Positions 58,035 through 64,000 of a stretch of 64,000 nucleotides of DNA are shown here, in pieces. The DNA is from Ktedonospora formicarum (GTDB lineage: Bacteria > Chloroflexota > Ktedonobacteria > Ktedonobacterales > Ktedonobacteraceae), in the NCBI RefSeq assembly GCF_016587355.1, contig NZ_BNJF01000001.1:3189721-3253720 (forward strand). Reading direction: 5' to 3'. Below the pieces are notes generated by a model, which had not been told where the DNA came from, made no database searches, and saw nothing but the letters and a program-made list of their open reading frames with translations. The position numbers were made by a program, and so were the translations under genes. Positions within the stretch are counted from its first letter, which is position 1, and each line of letters opens with the position of its first letter.

Positions 58035-59018
58035 TCATCCCAACCGGGGCCCAGGAGTAATACCATTGCCCGTCAGAAACCCTGGTATTGACACAGCCAT
58101 GTGAGCCATCCGAGATGGTTCCATCAGGTAGGCGATGCGGGTCCTGTGACCCTGGCCCAAAGTCATTGTATTCGCGCCATCCAGCAGTATGTATGTAGAT
58201 GCCCCGGTGGTCAGGTGGAGTGCGTAATCTACATGCTCTGGCGAATAGTAGTATGGAGAACTCGCCGGCCAGGGAGAATAGAACGTCAAATTGGCACCCT
58301 TATCGAGAACCTTAAAGGTCCCAGCAGGCGTATACAGTTCCGGGCGACCGCTAGCGATAGGGAAACTGCGTACGAGTGCTCCATTTTCGTAGGCGTAGAG
58401 ATATTGCGTTGAAAGATTGACGTATATGGATTTACCTGTCGCGACTGGCGCGGGAGGTGCTGCGGGAGCAGGACCAGGCGCGCCAACTAGCGGTAGATTG
58501 TTCTGAGTAGGTGGAGGCGTGGGCGTTGGCGCGGCCTTAGTAGTGCTCAGCAGGTTTCCAAAGATATATTGCGGAGCGTCGTTACGATCAGAGATGCGAT
58601 ACCATGTCGAGAGACCGTTGACAACCTCTCCTTGTGCGCTTCCATAGACTGTGATAGCGGTTGAGCCTGTAAAGCTCTTCAAGATTGTGCCGTCAGTGCT
58701 TGGAGCGTTACGTACATTTGCCAACCCTATGGTATACATTGTGGTGGGGTCCGTCCAGATAATCTGGATGTTAGGCTCGGAACCTGTGGTGGGTGTTGTC
58801 AAAGTGACAGGTGTGATCTCCGATTTGGGGTGTGTATTCTTGATCTCGGTTGTGTTCTCTACGGCTTTCTGTGGCGGCGTTGTTGTGGATGATAGAACTT
58901 TGGTGGTTTCAGGTCCATTACTGCCACAGCCGATTATGAGAAGAGATAACAAGAGAAGAGGAAGAAGAATACATAGTAGAGGAGATTGACGAGCTTTTTT
59001 TAACATACATGTCCTCAT
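58035..59018 (-). CDS. Lipoprotein L,D-transpeptidase (YkuD domain) with an SH3b-like domain; the catalytic SHGC motif is encoded out of frame, an apparent 1-nt frameshift near 58200.
   Basis: Lipobox LLIIGCGS; SH3b-like YTIGLANVRNAPSTDGTILK...WYRISD; L,D-transpeptidase N-half ...SFPIASGRPELYTPAGTFKV...YALHLTTG in the track frame. The -1 frame downstream of the C4 run (58202-58205) reads GIYIHTAGWREYNDFGPGSQDPHRLPDGTISDGSHGCVNT...* and stops at about 58014. Confidence 0.65.
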   Translation of the reverse strand: MRTCMLKKARQSPLLCILLPLLLLSLLIIGCGSNGPETTKVLSSTTTPPQKAVENTTEIKNTHPKSEITPVTLTTPTTGSEPNIQIIWTDPTTMYTIGLANVRNAPSTDGTILKSFTGSTAITVYGSAQGEVVNGLSTWYRISDRNDAPQYIFGNLLSTTKAAPTPTPPPTQNNLPLVGAPGPAPAAPPAPVATGKSIYVNLSTQYLYAYENGALVRSFPIASGRPELYTPAGTFKVLDKGANLTFYSPWPASSPYYYSPEHVDYALHLTTGASTYILLDGANTMTLGQGHRTRIAYLMEPSRMAHMAVSIPGFLTGNGITPGPRLG

Positions 59019-59345
59019 AAGAAATCATCATATTTATAATCATAAATATACAGAAGTTATAGTCAAAACACAAGAGCTACTCAGCAGTTTGCTGGAGCTT
59101 CCCAAGCTTTCCTATGTGCTAGAGCTAAACTTCCGCGTACTGAGTGGGGAGGCTGTTCTTTCAACATAGGTGATTCATTGTAGCTGGGGAAGAGTACATG
59201 TATAATAGGTAGTGTTAAAGGCTTGCGTATACATGCGCTTTACTACAAGTATTTTTCATTCTCTTAAACAATAACTATGCTACTATCGTGGCTGGCGCTA
59301 TTGCGCTCAAGTTTTTGAGAGGTAGTTTATTTAAGGAGCTAGGTT

Positions 59346-59876
59346 ATGCTGAAGCGATGGATGTGGGTGAGCACATGCATCTGGGTGCTAGGGATGGGAT
59401 GGATCGCGCTGGGTGTGTATGGAGCCTTAAATGTTTCTCTGGCGCGTTCGATGTTACCTTCAGCTAGTCTCGGATGGGTGCTGCTAGATATGTTATGGTG
59501 GCCAGGCTACATACGTGGATTTGTCTTTGGTGGTGTCCTGACATATAGTGGTGTTGGCATCTTGTTATTAGGGCTGAGTACGGGTCGGGCGCGGATGGTG
59601 TACTGGTGCTTGCAGATTGCTATCTGGTGCATCGGGATCAATACATGGTATCAGCGATTAGGAAGTTATCAGCCGCGCCTATTTGGGATTATCGTACCTG
59701 ACAATCCCGCATGGTTTGTGGGGACCTTAATCTGTTCGCTGGTCCTGCTGGTGGGTATTGTGCCAGTAATGCGTTTTCTACACTGGTTGCTTACAATATC
59801 CTCGCTGAATGCGCGCGTGAATAATGTCAAGGCCGAGGATGCGCGGCATAGTATCAAAGGGGAAGCGGGCCAGTGA
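59346..59876 (+). CDS. Hypothetical integral membrane protein (4 TM, Trp-rich).
   Basis: MLKRWMWVSTCIWVLGMGWIALGVYG... is strongly hydrophobic. I recognise no domain. Confidence 0.45.
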   Translation: MLKRWMWVSTCIWVLGMGWIALGVYGALNVSLARSMLPSASLGWVLLDMLWWPGYIRGFVFGGVLTYSGVGILLLGLSTGRARMVYWCLQIAIWCIGINTWYQRLGSYQPRLFGIIVPDNPAWFVGTLICSLVLLVGIVPVMRFLHWLLTISSLNARVNNVKAEDARHSIKGEAGQ

Positions 59877-59888
59877 GACCCGCCCCCT

Positions 59889-60605
59889 TTAGAGAAGCAA
59901 GTGATTAAGGATCACAGGATTTTCCTGTACGCGCTCAATAAACATATCGAGTTGATCCTGTGTCATACCCCCATTTGTGACCTCCGTTTGCAGGGCGCTA
60001 TGCAGCGCATTACTGATGAGTTGCTGCTGCTGGCTATTATTTAGCCCTTGGTTGCTCGCGATTTGTGCGATGGTCTGACCATTTTGTAGATCTTGTGTCA
60101 ACTGGGCGTCTGAGAGCTTTAGTTCTTTAGCTAGCTGCGTCTTAATATCCGTCGTATGGTTGCGTAGTGAATTTACAATATTATTTCCGCGATTGAGCAG
60201 GTTGGGAGCGCTCTGGTTGTTGTGGGTATTACTCACGCCAGGAACTGAGAGAATCGCGGGAGGTCGACCATTATTGATGCGCGAATATGTTGTGTGCAGC
60301 CTGGGCAACACGGCCAATACGCCAATCGCCACAAGTACAAGCGCGATAATGATAGCGGCGGCGCTGAGATAAATAAGCTTGCGTCCATTGCGTTGAGCGC
60401 GTGATCTGGGATGAGCGTACTGATGGTTGTTAGGGCGAATGATTTGTGTTCGTTCGTTATGGTAATCTGCCCGGTAGGGGTCCACATCCGCACGTGGCAG
60501 GGGTGATGATTGCATAGGGGGCTGATAGGATGCAGGTTCTTCATGCGGGCGCGCGCTATGTGGCTGCTGATATTTGAGATTCTGAGTTCGTGCCTTTTGT
60601 TTCAT
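59889..60605 (-). CDS. Hypothetical membrane-anchored protein with C-terminal helical repeats (paralog of 60789..61436).
   Basis: A disordered N-terminus and a TM (LIYLSAAAIIIALVLVAIGVLAVL), then LAKELKLSDAQLTQDLQNGQTIAQIASNQGLN, which is shared with the neighbouring gene. Confidence 0.5.
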   Translation of the reverse strand: MKQKARTQNLKYQQPHSARPHEEPASYQPPMQSSPLPRADVDPYRADYHNERTQIIRPNNHQYAHPRSRAQRNGRKLIYLSAAAIIIALVLVAIGVLAVLPRLHTTYSRINNGRPPAILSVPGVSNTHNNQSAPNLLNRGNNIVNSLRNHTTDIKTQLAKELKLSDAQLTQDLQNGQTIAQIASNQGLNNSQQQQLISNALHSALQTEVTNGGMTQDQLDMFIERVQENPVILNHLLL

Positions 60606-60788
60606 AAGTAGATAGCCCTCCTCTGTGATTAATGCATCCTTTGGGCGACGGGGCCGTTCCCCTACGCCTCCAAATTTCAGTATAGGATGAGGCTGTGTTG
60701 GAGTATTTGCATAAAAGCAAAGTGCCGCCCCTTATTCGTGATGAGGTAGGGCGGCACTGATATTGGTATTGTTGGTAAAAGTTTACTA

Positions 60789-61436
60789 TTATTTGACCCT
60801 GTTGATGAGTTTGTGAATCACATCTGCACGTTTCTTCAGCGCATTATCGAACTGAGTTACCTCATCTTTGGTGAGTTTGCCTTCAGAGACTCCCTGATTG
60901 AGGACTGTATCTACATCCTTCTTGATTGCTTGCTCAAGATCCTTCGCGGAGACTCCCTGAGCCTTGGCGATGTCAACTAGCTTTTTCCCATCTTTAAGCT
61001 GTTTGGTGAGGTCATCGCTGCTCAATTTGAGGTCTTTAGTGAGCGCGTTGACCAGATCGGTGCGATGATCCCTTAGATACTGGAGCGCATTCGCGTTTTC
61101 AACGCGCTGCCCATTCCAGCCGCACCACTGGCGCTTGCTTAGATTTTGTTTGGCTTTATCGGCCTGATCCTGTGTGATCTTACCATCCTTAACCATCTGG
61201 TCAAGCACATCACTGATGCTCTCCTGACGGTCTTTGTTAAGTTGATCTGTTGAGACATTGAGGCGCTTGGCTAAATCCTGCTGAAACTGCTGGCAATAGG
61301 TATCGGTTTTGTTAGTATCTGTCTGGTTAAATGTATTATGTGCGAGTGCAGAGAGTGGACCAAAGAAGAATGCCCCGAAGAGGATAGCCGCAACGAGCAC
61401 TATGCAGCCGGAGCCAACTATAAGCAATCTTTTCAT
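60789..61436 (-). CDS. Hypothetical membrane-anchored/secreted protein with helical KDLKLS..L...L..GK.L..IA..QG repeats.
   Basis: The start is probably MKRLLIVGSG (the track starts 12 codons upstream at 61472). Signal/TM LLIVGSGCIVLVAAILFGAFFF. Repeated L..DL.K.L...Q...L motifs with two Cys. Confidence 0.5.
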   Translation of the reverse strand: MKRLLIVGSGCIVLVAAILFGAFFFGPLSALAHNTFNQTDTNKTDTYCQQFQQDLAKRLNVSTDQLNKDRQESISDVLDQMVKDGKITQDQADKAKQNLSKRQWCGWNGQRVENANALQYLRDHRTDLVNALTKDLKLSSDDLTKQLKDGKKLVDIAKAQGVSAKDLEQAIKKDVDTVLNQGVSEGKLTKDEVTQFDNALKKRADVIHKLINRVK

Positions 61437-61704
61437 TGTGGAATTTCTCCTTGTACATATAACTGGTGGCATTGCCTTGCCAGCGAAAAGGCGCCTTAAT
61501 CATTGATATGGCTCTATTGTATGCAGGAAATATGAATGTTTCCTCTCCTAGAATTCAAGATTTGCTCAAGATTGAGCGCGGAGAGGGCAAAAAACCTGCT
61601 TTTAGGTCAAGGCTATGCTAAGATTTGCCTAGACACAGGTTTTTCATACCACTCAGGATAGTTGAGTGCCGGGGGTCTCTATAAGACCTGAGTAGAGGAA
61701 GGTA

Positions 61705-62418
61705 ATGGCGCAGAAAATCTTAATCATAGAGGACGAGGAAGGGATTGTACATCTTCTAAATCTCTATTTGCGTAACGCTGATTTTGAGACAGTGGTTGCG
61801 CGTGATGGTGCGGATGGCTTGGCCTTGCACGCGCGCGAGCATCCTGATCTGATTATTCTGGATATTATGTTGCCTGCTATAGATGGTTTTGAGGTCTGTC
61901 GGCGTATCCGTGAGTGGTCACAGACCCCTATCTTGATACTGACGGCGCGAAGTGATGAGGATGATCGGATTAATGGCTTAGAGTTAGGCGCTGATGATTA
62001 TTTGATGAAACCCTTTAGTCCCCGCGAACTGGTGAGCCGGGTGCGGGCGATTCTACGCCGCGTGACAAAGCAGGAAGCGAGCGCTCCAGTACAAGAAAAG
62101 GAAGAGCATCGTCTGGTGCTACGTTTTCCAGGCTTGACGATTGATGTGCCCGCGAGGCGTGTTGAAGTACAAGGGCGCGAGATTGCTCTCACCCCAACAG
62201 AATTTGATTTGCTCTCGCTCATGGCCCAGGCTCCAGATCGTGTGTTTACACGTGAGATCCTGATGAACAAAGTTTGGGGCTACGACTATATGGGCGATGG
62301 GCACACTATTGATGTCCATATCAGTGCACTCCGGCGCAAAATTGAGACGGACGCCCAGCGTTATATTAAGACTGTGTGGCGCGTTGGCTATCGCTTTGAG
62401 GTGAGCCACATCCGTTGA
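61705..62418 (+). CDS. OmpR/PhoB-family two-component response regulator (receiver plus winged helix).
   Basis: ILIIEDEEGI...DLIILDIMLP..DG...PILILTARSDEDDRI.GLELGADDYLMKPFSPRELV, and the C-terminal wHTH ...TPTEFDLL..VWGYDYMGDGHTIDVHISALRRKIE...VGYRF. Confidence 0.9.
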   Translation: MAQKILIIEDEEGIVHLLNLYLRNADFETVVARDGADGLALHAREHPDLIILDIMLPAIDGFEVCRRIREWSQTPILILTARSDEDDRINGLELGADDYLMKPFSPRELVSRVRAILRRVTKQEASAPVQEKEEHRLVLRFPGLTIDVPARRVEVQGREIALTPTEFDLLSLMAQAPDRVFTREILMNKVWGYDYMGDGHTIDVHISALRRKIETDAQRYIKTVWRVGYRFEVSHIR

Positions 62419-62463
62419 TGGACGCAATGAAAACCTACCCATAGAGATAAGGGAGCCTGAAAG

Positions 62464-64000
62464 ATGACGCAGAAATGGACAAAGCCAGAGCGCATGCGCT
62501 GGTGGCAGAGTATTCGCTGGCGATTAGCCGTGGGCTCGGTTACTGTTACCATGCTGGCGATGCTTCTTTTGGTAACGACAGCTATTCTGGCGGCACTCTA
62601 TTTCTATGAGAGTGAGCAAAATGCTCGTTTAAGCGATACTGCGAGTTTGAATGCCCAGCGTGTAGGGGTGCAGTATAGCCAGGAGACTCTGCAAGGGCAG
62701 AAAGATGTGGAGGCATTGCGTAGTTCAGCGCAAAAGGTGCTTCCAGCCTATACCTTGAAGAATGTGCAGGATCAATCCGTTGTCAGTGTTATTTTGTCCC
62801 AGAATAATCGTATCGTCTATCCCTTGTTTCTAGCGAAAGCGACCGCTACAGGGCCGCGTGATGGGCAGTCACGTGCATTATATACCGCTTTGCAACGCTT
62901 GCTCGATCCATCACAGCAGGGGCGTTATTACTCGACCTTCCGTACGGCCCTGGCACAGGCGCATCAGGGAAAGGCCATTGCTTATTCACCAGGCAACGGT
63001 TTATTACCACGGACCTTCGCTCTAAATCCTATCTTTGCTGAAGGGCGTGAGGAAGGTGAGGTTGTTGGCGTCTTATTGGCTGCTTCACGTTCGACCATTG
63101 ATCAAACTCTGCCGCAGTTTATCCTGAATGTAGGAGGTGTTATCGCTGTTGGTCTAGGTGTTATCGCGCTTCTGGCTGCCTTGGCGGCGGTTATCTATGC
63201 GCGTACTATTACTCGCCCGTTGGGGGCAATGACGGTCGCAACGCGCCAAATGGTTTCGGGGAATTATAGTGTGCGTGTTCGTGATCCTGCACAGGGTGAG
63301 CTAGGCGAACTGGCGCAGACTTTCAATGAGATGGCGGCGCAATTGCATCGCGATGTCGAAGTCTTGCGTGAGCAGGAACTATGGCGACGCGAACTAGTCA
63401 TGAATATTACTCATGACCTTGCGACACCGCTGACCGCAATTGCGGGCCTGGGAGAGGCTCTGGTAGATGGTGTGAATCAGAGTCGCGAGGACTACGAAGC
63501 CACCGGGCGCGTAATTGTGCGCGAGACATTACGTCTGCGTCGTCTGGTAAAGGATCTGCATGTCATGTCCAAGGTTGAGGCTGGCGCGCTCCATCCCCAA
63601 CAGCGGGCACTGAGAATGGCGGCGCTGGTAGACGAGACATTAGCTGTACTCATCCCAGAGTTTGAGCGTGCGGGTGTGGAGCCGCGCAATGATATTGCCT
63701 TTGATCTACCCCAGGTCTGGGCCGATGCGGACATGGTTACACGTGTTGTCTCCAACCTGTGCGACAATGCCTTGCAGCATACGTCAGCAGGTGGAAGTAT
63801 TGTATTAGAGGCGCGTGTGCTTAACAATGAATTGCTTATATCAGTGACAGATAGTGGAAAAGGTATTGCACCAGAGGCGCTCCCAAAGATCTTTGAGCGC
63901 TTTTATCGTGCGGATGGCTCACGACAATCGCGCGTTGGCGGCAGTGGACTGGGGCTCTCTATTGTCAAAGCCATTGTAGAGGCGCATGGAGGAAGGGTAT
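62464..64000 (+). CDS. Sensor histidine kinase (two TM, HAMP, HisKA, HATPase_c); 3'-partial at the window end.
   Basis: TM LAVGSVTVTMLAMLLLVTTAILAALYF and second TM VGGVIAVGLGVIALLAALAAVIYA. HAMP PLGAMTVATRQMVSGNYSVRV...FNEMAAQL. H-box NITHDLATPLTAI. N-box/G-boxes CDNALQHT..GG, DSGKGI, GGSGLGLSIVKAIVEAHGG. It runs off the window and is absent from the ORF track. Confidence 0.85.
   Translation, partial: MTQKWTKPERMRWWQSIRWRLAVGSVTVTMLAMLLLVTTAILAALYFYESEQNARLSDTASLNAQRVGVQYSQETLQGQKDVEALRSSAQKVLPAYTLKNVQDQSVVSVILSQNNRIVYPLFLAKATATGPRDGQSRALYTALQRLLDPSQQGRYYSTFRTALAQAHQGKAIAYSPGNGLLPRTFALNPIFAEGREEGEVVGVLLAASRSTIDQTLPQFILNVGGVIAVGLGVIALLAALAAVIYARTITRPLGAMTVATRQMVSGNYSVRVRDPAQGELGELAQTFNEMAAQLHRDVEVLREQELWRRELVMNITHDLATPLTAIAGLGEALVDGVNQSREDYEATGRVIVRETLRLRRLVKDLHVMSKVEAGALHPQQRALRMAALVDETLAVLIPEFERAGVEPRNDIAFDLPQVWADADMVTRVVSNLCDNALQHTSAGGSIVLEARVLNNELLISVTDSGKGIAPEALPKIFERFYRADGSRQSRVGGSGLGLSIVKAIVEAHGGRV

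Overview
This is a gene-dense chromosomal segment of about 64 kb with moderately high GC. From gene content it most plausibly comes from a Chloroflexota (Ktedonobacteria-like) bacterium: four Hanks-type Ser/Thr kinases in two tandem pairs (one with a WD40 propeller), class-I LysRS, YaaT/RicT, an ANTAR regulator and a KGG stress protein. That assignment is an inference, not a database result.

I support about 45 protein-coding genes. Most are housekeeping: purH, psuG, polX, rplY/ctc, plsX, lysK, an aroG-type DAHP synthase, tgt, two RelA/SpoT homologs, a sigA-like sigma factor, dedA, dut, pepP, map, an acyl-CoA synthetase and dehydrogenase, three response regulators and one 3'-partial histidine kinase. 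I found no rRNA, tRNA, CRISPR array, IS element or phage gene.

The most interesting signals, in descending order of interest, are:
- A textbook-looking attenuator upstream of DAHP synthase: consensus sigma-70 promoter, a 24-codon leader ORF ending in His-Phe-Tyr-Tyr-Trp-Phe, a 16-bp hairpin covering the leader stop codon, then an intrinsic terminator.
- A very abundant REP/MITE-like palindromic repeat family (at least 15 copies, termini GGTCTTATGCGAAAACC...GGTTTTCGCATAAG) sitting almost only in 5' intergenic regions, plus a 72-bp tandem duplication of a related unit.
- Two full-length Rel paralogs in tandem, the second with all HD-hydrolase motifs degenerate but the synthetase motifs intact.
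- Two apparent frameshifts: an L,D-transpeptidase whose SHGC catalytic motif is out of frame, and an Asn/Gly/Gln-rich secreted repeat protein split from its signal peptide.
- A 21-bp perfect inverted repeat in an AT-rich 1.4-kb gene-poor stretch upstream of rel.

All coordinates derived by hand are approximate to within about 2 nt.
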